From a bacterium (GTDB lineage Bacteria; Bacteroidota; Bacteroidia; Bacteroidales; UBA3663): a DNA stretch of 64,000 nt. This document shows positions 27,855-38,312 of this stretch, piece after piece. The notes under the pieces are model-generated. The model was not told where the DNA came from. It saw only the letters and a list, made by a program, of their open reading frames with translations, and did not search any database. How positions within the stretch are numbered: position 1 is the first letter of the stretch; every line of letters starts with the position of its first letter. Where the stretch lies: positions 16,284 through 80,283 of the forward strand of contig CAVFPF010000029.1 in assembly GCA_963624265.1 (NCBI GenBank). Direction: 5' to 3'. The position numbers were made by a program, and so were the translations under genes.

Positions 27855-29714
27855 ATGGCAGAAATTACCGAAAACATGCAGCAGGAGGCTTCAGTCCTTC
27901 CGGCAGAAAGCACAAAGGAGAATGTAATCCCAGCAGCGGCTACAGCCGACGAAACTCCGGCTTCTGTGTCCGATGACGACACTGCGCCGGCAGATGTCGA
28001 GACTCCCGCAGTTGAGAAGAAAATTTATGCAAATAGGCAGGAAGTCCTTGATCGTCTGTCGGAAATCGCTAATGAGACAACCGACGAGGCTCGCGATGAA
28101 ATCAACTACCTGAAGATAGTGTACTACAAGTTGCGTCAGCAGGAAACGGATGCTGCGATGAAGGCTCTTTTGGAAAGTGAAGACGGAATGGCTACATTCG
28201 AATCGAAACCCGATGAGTTGGAGTCGAAGCTGAAAGACCTGCTCAATGTGCAGAAGGAAGCCCGTGCTGCAATGGTCGAAGCCCGCAACAAGGAATTGGC
28301 TGACAATCTGCAGAAGAAACAGGAAATCCTGAAGCAGATGGTCGACATTGCCCAAAATGCAGACGGAGCCGGACAGCAGTACAACACTTTCGTCGATTTG
28401 CAGAAGCAGTTCAAGGAGTCGGGAGATGTCGACCCCAAGGAGGTGAATGCCCTCTGGAAGCAATTCAATATGCTCAACGAGCAGTTCTATGACGCGCTCA
28501 AGATCAACAAGGAACTCCGCGACTATGACTTCAAGAAGAACCTTGACCGGAAGACAGAACTCTGCGCGGAGGCCGAGAAACTCGGTGAGGCTGCTGATGT
28601 CATCCAGGCTTTCCGCCGCCTGCAGGAACTCCATGACGAATGGAAAGGCATCGGCCCTGTAGCCCCCGCCGTACGCGAAGAGATTTGGGCTCGCTTCAAG
28701 GCCGCTTCGACAATAGTCAACAAACGTCATCAACAACATTTCGACAAGTTGAAAGAGCAGGAGTCGGCCAACGAAGCCGGCAAGACTGCCCTTTGCGAGA
28801 AGATCGAGGCCATCGACTTGTCTGCCATCGACCAAATAAAGGGTTGGGAAGACCAGACAGCAGTGGTGCTGAGTCTGCAGGAAGAGTGGCGCAAATTCGG
28901 GTTCGCCAACAAGAAAGTCAATACACAGCTCTTTGAGCGATTCCGTCAGTCGTGTGACGCTTTCTTCAAGGCCAAAGCAGCTTTCTTCAAGGCACACCGT
29001 GAGGAGCAGAACTGCAATGTGCGTAAAAAGACGGAACTTTGCGAGAAGGCAGAGTCACTGAAGGATAGCCAGGAGTGGCGTAAGACGACCGATTTGCTTG
29101 TCAATCTGCAGAAGGAATGGAAGACTATCGGTCCTGTTCCCCATAAGGTGGGTACAGCCCTTTGGGAGCGTTTCCGCTCGGCTTGCGATGCATTCTTCGA
29201 AGCCAAGGAGAAGGCTTTGGGTGGAGAGAAAGCCGAGGAAAAGGCCAATCTCGAGAAGAAGCAGACGGTGCTGGAGAAGCTCAAGCAGTTGAAGGAGAAC
29301 GTGCAAAAGGTGCAGCCTCAGGAAGTCCGCGACCTGATGTCCGAATGGAACCAGATTGGTCATGTGCCCTTCAAGGAGAAAGACAAACTCTACAACGCCT
29401 ATAAGGAGATTGTCGATTTCTTCTTTGATAATGTCGACATGAAAGGCCAGAAAGCTCGTCTCGACAGTTTTCGCGAACGGTCAAAGACGGTCATTTCTGA
29501 CGGCAAGCAGGCTGTGCAGACCGAACGCCAGAAGTTGCAGCGGCAGTTGGAACAGCTTCGCAACGACTTGAAGACGTATGAGAACAACCTCGGGTTCTTG
29601 AATGCCAAGAGTAAATCCGGCAACGGTATGTTGGCGCTTATGGAACGCAAGAAGAACGATTTGGTCCGCGAAATCGAGGAACTGAAGGCAAAGATAAACA
29701 TTTTGGACGAATAA
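27855..29714 (+). CDS. DUF349 repeat protein
   Basis: Repeated W+..G......e.lW.rF+.acd.FF units, for example EEWRKFGFANKKVNTQLFERFRQSCDAFF and KEWKTIGPVPHKVGTALWERFRSACDAFF. Confidence 0.75.
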   Translation: MAEITENMQQEASVLPAESTKENVIPAAATADETPASVSDDDTAPADVETPAVEKKIYANRQEVLDRLSEIANETTDEARDEINYLKIVYYKLRQQETDAAMKALLESEDGMATFESKPDELESKLKDLLNVQKEARAAMVEARNKELADNLQKKQEILKQMVDIAQNADGAGQQYNTFVDLQKQFKESGDVDPKEVNALWKQFNMLNEQFYDALKINKELRDYDFKKNLDRKTELCAEAEKLGEAADVIQAFRRLQELHDEWKGIGPVAPAVREEIWARFKAASTIVNKRHQQHFDKLKEQESANEAGKTALCEKIEAIDLSAIDQIKGWEDQTAVVLSLQEEWRKFGFANKKVNTQLFERFRQSCDAFFKAKAAFFKAHREEQNCNVRKKTELCEKAESLKDSQEWRKTTDLLVNLQKEWKTIGPVPHKVGTALWERFRSACDAFFEAKEKALGGEKAEEKANLEKKQTVLEKLKQLKENVQKVQPQEVRDLMSEWNQIGHVPFKEKDKLYNAYKEIVDFFFDNVDMKGQKARLDSFRERSKTVISDGKQAVQTERQKLQRQLEQLRNDLKTYENNLGFLNAKSKSGNGMLALMERKKNDLVREIEELKAKINILDE

Positions 29715-29802
29715 TAAATAGAATAGATATGAGGATATTCCTCCGGGAAGAGACAGAAGGTGTCTTGCCGTAGGATGTCAATATCAAGAAAATATTAAGA
29801 CA

Positions 29803-32562
29803 ATGGCTTTAGCAACGCAATACAATCCGGCAGAAGTCGAAGACAAGTGGTATCAGTACTGGCTAGAACATAAGGCATTCGCCAGCAAGCCTGACGGACG
29901 GGAGGCATACACGGTAGTGATTCCGCCCCCGAACGTGACGGGAGTGCTCCACATGGGACATGTCCTTAATGAAACCATTCAGGATATTTTGGTCAGACGA
30001 GCCCGTATGGAGGGCAAGAACGCCTGTTGGGTGCCTGGCACAGACCATGCCTCGATAGCTACCGAGGCAAAGGTCATCAAGCGACTCAAGGAGCAGGGTA
30101 TCAACAAGAGTGACCTTACCCGTGAGCAGTTTCTGAAGCACGCTTGGGAATGGACGGACGAGCATGGCGGAATCATCTTGAAGCAGTTGCGCAAACTCGG
30201 CTGTTCTTGCGACTGGGACCGTACTTCATTCACCATGGATGAGACCCGTTCTCGCGCTGTCATCAAGGTCTTCTGCGACCTTTACGACAAGGGACTTATC
30301 TACCGCGGCCTTCGTATGGTAAACTGGGACCCAGAGCGTCAGACAGCACTTTCCGATGAGGAGGTTATCTACCACGACGAGCACTCGAAGCTCTACTATA
30401 TGAAATACTATGTAGACGAGCCCGCAGGTAGTACTGATGGAGAGGCCCCGGATGCCATTGTAATCTGCAACAACGACAAGCCATTCGATCCGACCGTCAA
30501 GTGTCAGGTCATACACCGTGACCCGCAAGGACGTCGTTATGCCGTAGTCGCTACGACACGTCCGGAGACCATTATGGGCGATGTTGCCATGTGCATCAAC
30601 CCCAAAGACCCGAAGAACTCCTGGTTGAAAGGCAAGAAAGTCATCGTGCCGAAGGTCGGCCGTGTCATTCCGGTCATTGAAGACCGCTATGTGGAAATCG
30701 AGTTCGGTACGGGTTGTCTGAAGGTGACTCCGGCACACGATGTGAACGACTACATGTTGGGTCAGAAGTATGATTTGCCCATCATCGATGTCTTCAATCC
30801 GGATGCAACCCTGAGCGAGGCTGCCGGCATGTATGTCGGCATGGACCGCTTCGACTGCCGTAAACAGATTGCTCTCGACCTCGCCGCTGAGGGCCTGCTT
30901 GAGAAAGAAGAGGACTACGACAACAAAGTGGGCTATTCCGAGCGTACCAATGTGCCTATCGAACCGCGTCTTTCGTTGCAATGGTTTCTCTCGATGCAGC
31001 ATTTTGCCGACATTGCTTTGCCGCCTGTCATGAACGACGATATCAAGTTCTATCCGGCAAAATACAAGTCGACTTACCGCAACTGGCTGGAAAACATCAA
31101 GGACTGGTGCATCTCTCGTCAGCTTTGGTGGGGTCACCGCATTCCGGCCTATTTCCTGCCCAATCAAGAAGGTGTGAAGGACGAAGACCGCAAGTATGTC
31201 GTCGCCCCGACCGCCGAAGAGGCTTTGGCTAAGGCGCAGGCCATCGACCCGAATATCAAGTCGATCGTCGAGTTGAAGCAGGACGAGGGCGCTCTTGATA
31301 CCTGGTTCTCCAGTTGGCTTTGGCCTATCTCTTTGTTCGACGGCATAGAGCATCCGGATAACGAGGAAATCCGTTATTACTATCCGACCAACGACCTTGT
31401 GACTGGCCCAGACATTATCTTCTTCTGGGTAGCACGTATGATTATGGCTGGCTACGAGTATATGGGCCAGATGCCGTTCAAGCATGTCTACTTCACCGGT
31501 ATCGTGCGCGATAAGCTCGGCCGCAAGATGTCCAAGTCATTGGGTAATTCGCCAGACCCGCTGGACCTCATAGAGCGTTATGGCGCTGACGGTGTGCGTA
31601 TGGGTATGATGCTGTCGGCCCCGGCTGGCAACGACATCCTGTTCGACGATGCTTTGTGCGAGCAGGGACGTAACTTTAACAACAAAATTTGGAATTCCTT
31701 CCGCTTGGTACAGGGATGGACGGTAGCCGATATCGAACAGCCGGAGGCCGCACGTAAGGCTTGCGAGTGGTTTGATGCCAAGTTGGCACAGGTCGGCTAC
31801 GGTCTGCAGGAGCAGTTCAAGCAGTATCGTCTCTCCGAGGCCTTGATGCTGGTTTACAAACTCTTCTGGGACGAGTTCTCAGCCTGGTATCTCGAACTTG
31901 TCAAGCCCGCCTATGGCCAGCCTATCGATGCTGTGACCTACGCGAAGACCATTTCTTACTTCGATATCCTGCTCAAGATGTTGCACCCGTTCATGCCGTT
32001 CATCACCGAGGCTTTGTGGCAGAGCATTACCGAGCGCAAGGACGGCGAGAGCATCATGTTCGAGACTCTTCCTGTATACACCGAACCGTCGGCTGAGACT
32101 TTGACGGTTGTCAACAACTTCGAGCTCGCCAAGGAGGTTGTAGCTGGAATACGCACCGTACGCGCCCAGAAGCAGATGTCGCCGAAGGTAGCCGTCGAAC
32201 TTGATGCCGTCGGACAGAATCCGGTCGCTTCGCTGTCGGCTGTCATTGTCAAACTGGCCAATGTGTCGGATATCAAGGTGGTCGAGGCCAAGTCAGGTAT
32301 TTGCGCTTCCTTCCTAGTCGGCACGACCGAGTATGCCGTTCCGTTGGGCGACAGCGTTGATGTAGAGGAGGAACTCAAGAAACTCGAGGCTGACCTCAAG
32401 TACAATGAAGGCTTCCTACAAAGCGTGCTGAAAAAGCTCAGTAACGAGAAGTTCGTCAATGGCGCCCCGGCAGCAGTCGTGGCCAATGAGCGCAAGAAGC
32501 AGGCCGATGCCGAAAGCAAGATTGCCACAATAAAGGAGGCTATTGCGGCCCTGCGCAAGTAA
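29803..32562 (+). CDS. valS: valine--tRNA ligase
   Basis: HMGH (LHMGHVLNE) and KMSKS ([10 protein letters not shown]) class I signatures, [10 protein letters not shown], and a C-terminal coiled coil. Confidence 0.95.
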   Translation: MALATQYNPAEVEDKWYQYWLEHKAFASKPDGREAYTVVIPPPNVTGVLHMGHVLNETIQDILVRRARMEGKNACWVPGTDHASIATEAKVIKRLKEQGINKSDLTREQFLKHAWEWTDEHGGIILKQLRKLGCSCDWDRTSFTMDETRSRAVIKVFCDLYDKGLIYRGLRMVNWDPERQTALSDEEVIYHDEHSKLYYMKYYVDEPAGSTDGEAPDAIVICNNDKPFDPTVKCQVIHRDPQGRRYAVVATTRPETIMGDVAMCINPKDPKNSWLKGKKVIVPKVGRVIPVIEDRYVEIEFGTGCLKVTPAHDVNDYMLGQKYDLPIIDVFNPDATLSEAAGMYVGMDRFDCRKQIALDLAAEGLLEKEEDYDNKVGYSERTNVPIEPRLSLQWFLSMQHFADIALPPVMNDDIKFYPAKYKSTYRNWLENIKDWCISRQLWWGHRIPAYFLPNQEGVKDEDRKYVVAPTAEEALAKAQAIDPNIKSIVELKQDEGALDTWFSSWLWPISLFDGIEHPDNEEIRYYYPTNDLVTGPDIIFFWVARMIMAGYEYMGQMPFKHVYFTGIVRDKLGRKMSKSLGNSPDPLDLIERYGADGVRMGMMLSAPAGNDILFDDALCEQGRNFNNKIWNSFRLVQGWTVADIEQPEAARKACEWFDAKLAQVGYGLQEQFKQYRLSEALMLVYKLFWDEFSAWYLELVKPAYGQPIDAVTYAKTISYFDILLKMLHPFMPFITEALWQSITERKDGESIMFETLPVYTEPSAETLTVVNNFELAKEVVAGIRTVRAQKQMSPKVAVELDAVGQNPVASLSAVIVKLANVSDIKVVEAKSGICASFLVGTTEYAVPLGDSVDVEEELKKLEADLKYNEGFLQSVLKKLSNEKFVNGAPAAVVANERKKQADAESKIATIKEAIAALRK

Positions 32563-32612
32563 GACAAACGTCAATCGCGTTTGCGCGAGTCTCGCAAAAA
32601 CTGCAAAACAAG

Positions 32613-32651
32613 ACGAAGCTGTTTTTACATTTCTAGTAAAAACGGCTTCGT
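32613..32651. terminator. long hairpin between valS and the convergent esterase gene (terminator-like)
   Basis: 15-bp stem acgaagctgttttta / taaaaacggcttcgt (one G:U pair) with loop catttctag. A T-rich tract follows on the minus strand only. Confidence 0.5.
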
Positions 32652-32697
32652 TGTGGATATATTGTTGTGGTTATAACGGCTTCGTCGTACTATCATA

Positions 32698-32790
32698 GAA
32701 TAGTGCTGTTCACATGTGGGTGACGTCGGGATTGTCTTATGAGTAATGTCGGAATTGACTTATGAGGGAATAGCGTTGTTCGCCTATGGT
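32698..32790. repeat. four 23-bp units in an A-B-B'-A' arrangement
   Basis: A gaatagtgctgttcacatgtggg (32698); B tgacgtcgggattgtcttatgag (32721); B' taatgtcggaattgacttatgag (32744, 19/23 match to B); A' gaatagcgttgttcgcctatggt (32768, 17/23 match to A). Confidence 0.8.
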
Positions 32791-32804
32791 GGTAGTTGAG
32801 ATTT

Positions 32805-33398
32805 TTACTCTAGCCCGAGAATCTTATAGATGAGGGGCATGACGTCGTGTTTGACCACTTTGTCGTTCAGGCGGTGTTCGCCGTCGAAGATGGTAAAATG
32901 GTCGCGGCCATAGTGGCGGATGTAGTCATCCTGGGTATGCACTGTCGTGTCGTTTTTGCCGAAGAGTCCGTATACATTGTCTTTCTCCTCGGGTGTGATG
33001 TTTTGGAATGACAACTTTTCCACTTCCTTGAATTCTGCTATCATCTGTTTGTCGACCTTGAAACTCTTGGCCCCGTCAGCCCGTTTGTTTTGGAAATCTA
33101 CATTGCCCAGACCCCGGAACATTAGGTGCTTGGCCATATGGAAAGAGGGATTGACCAATATCCGCTTGTAGCCGTGTTGCAGTTCGGCGTACATGCCGCC
33201 CATACTGGTCCCGATAATCAGATCCGGATTTTCAGCAGCCACATACTCCTTGAGAAACGTAACGGCTTCCTTCGGGCTTATCGGAATGTCAGGACTAACC
33301 ACGCAGACATCCTTTCCGTAAAGGTAATTGCGGAGATTGGTAGCTGTGCCTGTCGAGCCGGCAGAGGAGAAACCATGCAGGTAGAGAATCTTTTTCAT
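32805..33398 (-). CDS. YqiA/YcfP-family alpha/beta hydrolase (esterase)
   Basis: MKKILYLHGFSSAGSTG.. N-terminus, the nucleophile elbow GTSMGG, and a size of about 200 aa. Confidence 0.7.
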   Translation of the reverse strand: MKKILYLHGFSSAGSTGTATNLRNYLYGKDVCVVSPDIPISPKEAVTFLKEYVAAENPDLIIGTSMGGMYAELQHGYKRILVNPSFHMAKHLMFRGLGNVDFQNKRADGAKSFKVDKQMIAEFKEVEKLSFQNITPEEKDNVYGLFGKNDTTVHTQDDYIRHYGRDHFTIFDGEHRLNDKVVKHDVMPLIYKILGLE

Positions 33399-33507
33399 AT
33401 ATTTGCCAAATTACATTTCAAGATTACATTGGGACGCAAAGATGGAGATTTCTTATGACAAAAGCAAGAATTCGGGGACGAAAAAAGGGATATATTTATA
33501 TTTTGTT

Positions 33508-33515
33508 TACTTTTG
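33508..33515 (+). promoter_or_regulatory. -7 box TACTTTTG for the sulP-like operon
   Basis: tacttttg, 50 nt upstream of the ATG at 33565. Confidence 0.5.
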
Positions 33516-33564
33516 CGCTGTTGCATTATTAATAAATAGACACAGAGATTAAGGTATTGCTGTT

Positions 33565-35361
33565 ATGTATTTAGAGAATTTTAAGCCGAAATTGTTCAGT
33601 TGCCTCAAGGGTTACAACGCACAGAAGTTCAGCCAGGATGCTATGGCCGGTCTGATTACCGGCATAGTTGCCTTGCCGTTAGCCATCGCTTTCGGTATCG
33701 CCAGTGGCGTTTCGCCTGAGAAAGGCATCATCACTGCCATTGTGGCCGGTTTCATTATCTCGCTCCTGGGTGGATCGAGAGTGCAGATTGGAGGTCCGAC
33801 GGGTGCATTCATCGTTATAATTTACGGCATTGTCACCAACCCTGCTTACGGCGAGGAAGGCTTGTTGGTCGCTACGCTGATGGCCGGTGTGCTGTTGGTC
33901 CTGATGGGATTCTTCAAGTTGGGTTCCGTTATCAAGTTCATACCCTATCCCATTGTAATCGGTTTTACGGCCGGAATAGCAGTTACCATATTCACGACCC
34001 AGTTGGGAGACATTTTTGGTTTGAAGCAGGAAGTCATTGACCCAGCCACCGCACAAGCCGTCATTGATCCGGAGACGGGCGACAAGCTTTTAGCCCCGCT
34101 CAAGACTCCCGGCGACTTTATCGGCAAGTGGGTGTGCTACGTCAACCATCTTCAGTATTTCAATCTGTGGAATTTTGCAGTGGCCGTCTTGAGTATCCTT
34201 ACCATCCTGTTCTCGCCCAAACTGTTGCGCAAGGTGCCTGGCCTGAACAAGATACCAGGCTCGCTCTATGCCATCGTGCTGGTCACACTAGTCGTACTTG
34301 CTATGAAGCATTTCGGCGGCATCACGGGCATCGACACCATCGGCGACCGGTTTCGCATACAAGGCAAACTGCCTGCGCCGGTAGTGCCCGAGATTACTTT
34401 TGAGATGATACAGGATTTGATGCCCATAGCCTTTACAATAGCTATCCTGGGCGCCATAGAGTCATTGCTCAGCGCTGCTGTGGCCGATGGTGTAATTGGC
34501 GACCAGCACAACTCCAATACGGAGCTGGTGGCTCAGGGTATCGCCAATATCGTCTCCCCGATATTCGGCGGCATCCCGGCTACAGGCGCCATAGCACGTA
34601 CGATGACCAATATCAACAATGGCGGACGGACTCCGGTGGCCGGTATGATTCATGCCGTAGTGCTGCTGCTGATACTTATCGTGCTTATGCCACTGGCTAA
34701 CTACATACCTATGGCCTGCCTGGCCGGCGTGCTGGTTATTGTGTCGTACAATATGTCGGGTTGGCGCACCTTCCGGACCATGATGCACAATCCGAAGAGC
34801 GATGTCAGCGTGCTGCTTGTCACGTTCTTCCTGACTGTGATTTTCGATTTGACCGTGGCTATTGAGTTCGGCATCATACTCGCCTGCCTGCTCCTGTTGC
34901 GGCGTATAGCCAGCGTGGGTCACATCACCTTGCAGGAAAAGGAAATCGATGCCAACGACGACACCGATGTGACGACTCACGAAGAGACGCTGAAGATTAT
35001 AGACGGCGTGCAGGTCTATGAGATAGATGGTCCGTTCTTCTTCGGCATTGCCAACCGCTTTGAGGAACTTTCGGCTCACATGCTCGAAGTGCCTATGGTC
35101 AGAATTATCCGTATGCGCAAAGTCCCCTTCGTTGATGCCACTGGCCTGCATAACCTTGAGGTGTTTGTTCAGAAGAGCCATCAGCAGGGCATTCATGTCA
35201 TTTTGAGCGGTGTGCGCCCGGATGTGCTTAAGGTCATTCGCAAGTCTTCACTGTACGGTGAGGTCGGAGAGAAGAATATTTTTGACCACATCAACGGTGC
35301 CATGGCACGTGCGGAAGAGGTTGTCAACCATCCGCATACACATCACAGGGCATACGTGTAA
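33565..35361 (+). CDS. SulP-family anion transporter with C-terminal STAS domain
   Basis: The N-terminal ..DAMAGLITGIVALPLAIAFGIASG.. is typical of SLC26/SulP. The C-terminal STAS-like region is (..VYEIDGPFFFG..VRIIRMRKVPFVDATG..). Confidence 0.85.
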   Translation: MYLENFKPKLFSCLKGYNAQKFSQDAMAGLITGIVALPLAIAFGIASGVSPEKGIITAIVAGFIISLLGGSRVQIGGPTGAFIVIIYGIVTNPAYGEEGLLVATLMAGVLLVLMGFFKLGSVIKFIPYPIVIGFTAGIAVTIFTTQLGDIFGLKQEVIDPATAQAVIDPETGDKLLAPLKTPGDFIGKWVCYVNHLQYFNLWNFAVAVLSILTILFSPKLLRKVPGLNKIPGSLYAIVLVTLVVLAMKHFGGITGIDTIGDRFRIQGKLPAPVVPEITFEMIQDLMPIAFTIAILGAIESLLSAAVADGVIGDQHNSNTELVAQGIANIVSPIFGGIPATGAIARTMTNINNGGRTPVAGMIHAVVLLLILIVLMPLANYIPMACLAGVLVIVSYNMSGWRTFRTMMHNPKSDVSVLLVTFFLTVIFDLTVAIEFGIILACLLLLRRIASVGHITLQEKEIDANDDTDVTTHEETLKIIDGVQVYEIDGPFFFGIANRFEELSAHMLEVPMVRIIRMRKVPFVDATGLHNLEVFVQKSHQQGIHVILSGVRPDVLKVIRKSSLYGEVGEKNIFDHINGAMARAEEVVNHPHTHHRAYV

Positions 35362-35382
35362 GTCAATGTAATAACCAAGACC

Positions 35383-36516
35383 ATGATAGAAATACGCAAA
35401 GTAGAAGGAAGCCGCAAGGCGCTGAAGGAGTTCGTCCGTTTCGCCATCCGATTGTACAAAGGGAACCCGTACTATGTCCCGCCCATCATCAAGAGCGAAA
35501 TAGATATCCTGGATGAGCAGGTGAACCCTTCCTTCGACTTTTGCGAAGCCGCTTTCTTTATGGCCTATCGCGATGGTGCGCCTGCGGGCCGCATTGCCGG
35601 CTTCATCAACCAAAGCGCCAACGAGAAGTTTGGCGAGGGGCAGTGCCGTTTCGGGTTCGTTGATTTTGTGGACGACGAGGAGGTGAGCCGTTCGCTGCTG
35701 GATGCAGTGAGCCGTTGGGGTAGGGAGAAGGGCATGAATGTCCTGATGGGCCCTATGGGAATGACCGACTTGGATTACGAAGGCTGCCTGATTGAGGGCT
35801 TTGACAAATTGTCAACGAATGTGACCCTCTACAACTATCCCTATTATCCGCAGCACTTCGAGCACTACGGACTGAAGCCAGATATGTACTCGAGGGAATA
35901 CCGCATCGAGTGTCCTAATGAGCTGCTTGACAAATACCGCAAGGTGGCTGAGCTCATCGCTACCCGTTACCAGCTGCGAGCCGTCAAAGACCTGTCGGCC
36001 AAACACCTTGTGAACACCTGGGGGCACAAGTTGTTCGCTTTGCTCAACGAAGCCTATGCGCCTCTGTATGGATTTACCGAACTGACAGCCCGCCAGATAG
36101 ACTATTACATCAACCTGTGGTTGCCGCAGGTGCGTCTCGACCTTATCCGGCTCGTGGTGGACAAAGACGACAACCTGGTTGCCTTCGGCATAAGTTGCCC
36201 GTCTTTGTCACGGGCGCAGCAGAGGGCCAGGGGCAGTATGTGGCCTTTCGGTTGGATGCATCTCGCCAATGCCATGTACAGAAAAGGCGGAACAGACACC
36301 CTCGACCTGCTGCTCATCGCGGTCCGTCCGGATATGCAAGGCAAAGGCGTCCATATGCTTATCTTTGCAGAGATACTGGAAGAAGCCATCAAAAACGGCT
36401 ATCGTTGGGTGGAAAGCAACCCGGAGCTGGAGAGTAATCAGAAAGTCCAGCAGATGTGGAAGAACCTGAACCATACTTGCCACAAGCGCCGGTGCTTCTA
36501 CCGGAAAGACATCTGA
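35383..36516 (+). CDS. GNAT-like acyltransferase-fold protein, function unknown
   Basis: It starts 21 bp after the sulP-like stop. The N-terminus MIEIRKVEGSRKALKEFVRFAIRLYKGNPYYVPP and the C-terminal ..LLLIAVRPDMQGKGV.. (acetyl-CoA-binding Q/R-x-x-G-x-G/A-like) suggest a GNAT fold. Confidence 0.45.
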   Translation: MIEIRKVEGSRKALKEFVRFAIRLYKGNPYYVPPIIKSEIDILDEQVNPSFDFCEAAFFMAYRDGAPAGRIAGFINQSANEKFGEGQCRFGFVDFVDDEEVSRSLLDAVSRWGREKGMNVLMGPMGMTDLDYEGCLIEGFDKLSTNVTLYNYPYYPQHFEHYGLKPDMYSREYRIECPNELLDKYRKVAELIATRYQLRAVKDLSAKHLVNTWGHKLFALLNEAYAPLYGFTELTARQIDYYINLWLPQVRLDLIRLVVDKDDNLVAFGISCPSLSRAQQRARGSMWPFGWMHLANAMYRKGGTDTLDLLLIAVRPDMQGKGVHMLIFAEILEEAIKNGYRWVESNPELESNQKVQQMWKNLNHTCHKRRCFYRKDI

Positions 36517-36549
36517 CTGTCAGTCAGGTCTGATAAATACCCTTGTGTG

Positions 36550-36605
36550 ATTGCAGCCCGGTAAAATCCGAAATGCTATTGCAGCCCGATAAACCTGAAA
36601 TGGGA
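36550..36605. repeat. 2 x 27/28-bp tandem repeat (plus a degenerate copy upstream)
   Basis: attgcagcccggtaaaatccgaaatgct / attgcagcccgataaacctgaaatggga. The upstream ..gtctgataaataccc.. is a weak third copy. Confidence 0.8.
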
Positions 36606-36622
36606 TAATGGGAAAAAACTCC

Positions 36623-38281
36623 TTATGGCGCCAGCAGCGTACGGGCATTGGCTATGGCCTGCTCGGTGATATGCGAGCCGCTGAGCATGCGCGCGATTTC
36701 CCTAATCCGATCGTCTCCTTTCAGTTCGGTGATGTGAGTCTGTGTGCTGCTGTCATCGTCCTCCTTATATACCCTAAAGTGAGTCTCGCCCTTGCCTGCT
36801 ACCTGGGGCAGGTGGGTGATGGTGATGACCTGCAGATGCGACGAGATCTGCTTCATTACCTCGCCCATGCGGTCTGCTATGTCGCCGGAAACGCCCGTGT
36901 CGATTTCGTCGAAGATAATAGTCGGCAACGTCTTGGCAGCTGCTATAAGTGACTTGATGGAGAGCATCAGACGGGAGATTTCACCGCCCGAAGCCACTTC
37001 GCCGGCGGGCTTGAGGGGCTGGTTTTTGTTGGCTGAGAAGAGGAATTGAATTTCGTCTGTACCGGAAGCAGAGAAATCGTCAAGGGTAGAGAATTGTACC
37101 TTGAACTGCACGTTGGCCATACCCAGATAGGCTACCTTTTCGACCAACGCTTTCTCAAACGATTTGGCCGCCTTTTGCCGTATGGCCGAGAGGGTGGATG
37201 CGCTTTTGGCAGCCCGCTCCGTCTGCTCTTTGAGTTGCCGTTCGGCTTCCTCTATCTCTTCGCTGCTATTGTCGATATGAAGCACGCGTTCCTGCAGGCT
37301 GTCGCGCACCTGTATCAGTTCTCCGACAGTCTCCTTGTCAAATTTCTTCAGTAGGGAGTAGATGGTGCTGAGCCGTTCTTCGACAAAGCTGAGGCGGCTC
37401 GGGTCTATGCTGACCGCTTCAGCCTGACCGCTTATGTCGTCGGCGATGTCTTTCAAGTCGATGTAGTCCGACTCCATCCGTTCGGCAATTTCCTTCAGGC
37501 CTGGGTAGATGCGGCTGATGTTTTGTGCCTCCGACTGTAACTGCTTCAGGACCTGCAGCACGCAAGGCCCGTCTGCTTCCAGTTGGCCGGAGATGGATAC
37601 AAGTCCGCTCTTAATTTCCTCGGCGTGGCTGAGCAGTTCCTGCTCTTCCTCAAGTTCCTCGATTTCGCCCTCCTTTAGTTGCGCTTCATCCAGTTTCTCC
37701 AGCTGGTAGCGTATGTAGTCAGCCTCTTCCGCTCCCTTGGCGGCTTCTTCTTTGAGCTGCCGGAGACTGTCGCGCAGTCCGACAAGCAGCTTGTATTGCT
37801 TCCGATAGTCGCTCAACTGCTCCTTGTCTTGGGCGAGGGCATCGATGACCTCTTGCTGGAAGGCGCTTTTGCCTAACAACAGGTTTTGGTGTTGTGAGTG
37901 TATGTCGATGAGCGCTTCGCCAAGCGTCTTGAGCAGAGAGAGTTGCACGGGCGTGTCGTTGATGAAAGCCCGGCTCTTGCCGCTCTCGAGCACTTCGCGG
38001 CGCACGATGGTGCTGTGGCTGTCATACTCGAGGTCATTGTCGACGAAGGAACTTTCCAGTCCGTAGCCTTCGATGTCGAAGGTGGCTTCGATGACGCATT
38101 TCTGCGCGCCGGCCCTGACTGCCTTCGCATCAGCCCTTTGCCCCAAGATAAGACTCAGGGCACCCATGATAATGCTTTTGCCGGCACCGGTTTCGCCGGT
38201 CATCACGGTCAGCCCGCGAGTGGGGTTGAACACGAGGTGGCCAATCAAGGCATAGTTCTCTATGGTCAAAGATAAGAGCAT
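36623..38281 (-). CDS. recN: DNA repair protein RecN
   Basis: MLLSLTIENYALIGHL..MTGETGAGKSIIMGALSLILGQRAD Walker A region, a coiled-coil middle, and a C-terminal SGGE signature (ASGGEISRLMLS). Confidence 0.95.
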   Translation of the reverse strand: MLLSLTIENYALIGHLVFNPTRGLTVMTGETGAGKSIIMGALSLILGQRADAKAVRAGAQKCVIEATFDIEGYGLESSFVDNDLEYDSHSTIVRREVLESGKSRAFINDTPVQLSLLKTLGEALIDIHSQHQNLLLGKSAFQQEVIDALAQDKEQLSDYRKQYKLLVGLRDSLRQLKEEAAKGAEEADYIRYQLEKLDEAQLKEGEIEELEEEQELLSHAEEIKSGLVSISGQLEADGPCVLQVLKQLQSEAQNISRIYPGLKEIAERMESDYIDLKDIADDISGQAEAVSIDPSRLSFVEERLSTIYSLLKKFDKETVGELIQVRDSLQERVLHIDNSSEEIEEAERQLKEQTERAAKSASTLSAIRQKAAKSFEKALVEKVAYLGMANVQFKVQFSTLDDFSASGTDEIQFLFSANKNQPLKPAGEVASGGEISRLMLSIKSLIAAAKTLPTIIFDEIDTGVSGDIADRMGEVMKQISSHLQVITITHLPQVAGKGETHFRVYKEDDDSSTQTHITELKGDDRIREIARMLSGSHITEQAIANARTLLAP

Positions 38282-38312
38282 GGTTCTTTATCTGCTAAAA
38301 AGTAAGTTTCTT

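Noticed and set aside
30226-31485. Very long antisense ORFs opposite strongly supported genes. Examples: 30226-31485 opposite valS, 45158-46387 opposite rlmI, 27891-28997 opposite the DUF349 gene, 23949-25052 opposite relA, 19775-20800 opposite the TPR gene, 16855-17901 opposite the flippase gene, 5610-6539 opposite lepA, 628-1428 opposite the lipoprotein gene.
   Set aside because: Each mirrors a gene with clear family motifs on the other strand. Their translations are low-complexity (R/H/G/V/L-rich) with no recognisable motifs. Open antisense frames are expected from the codon bias of GC-rich coding sequence.
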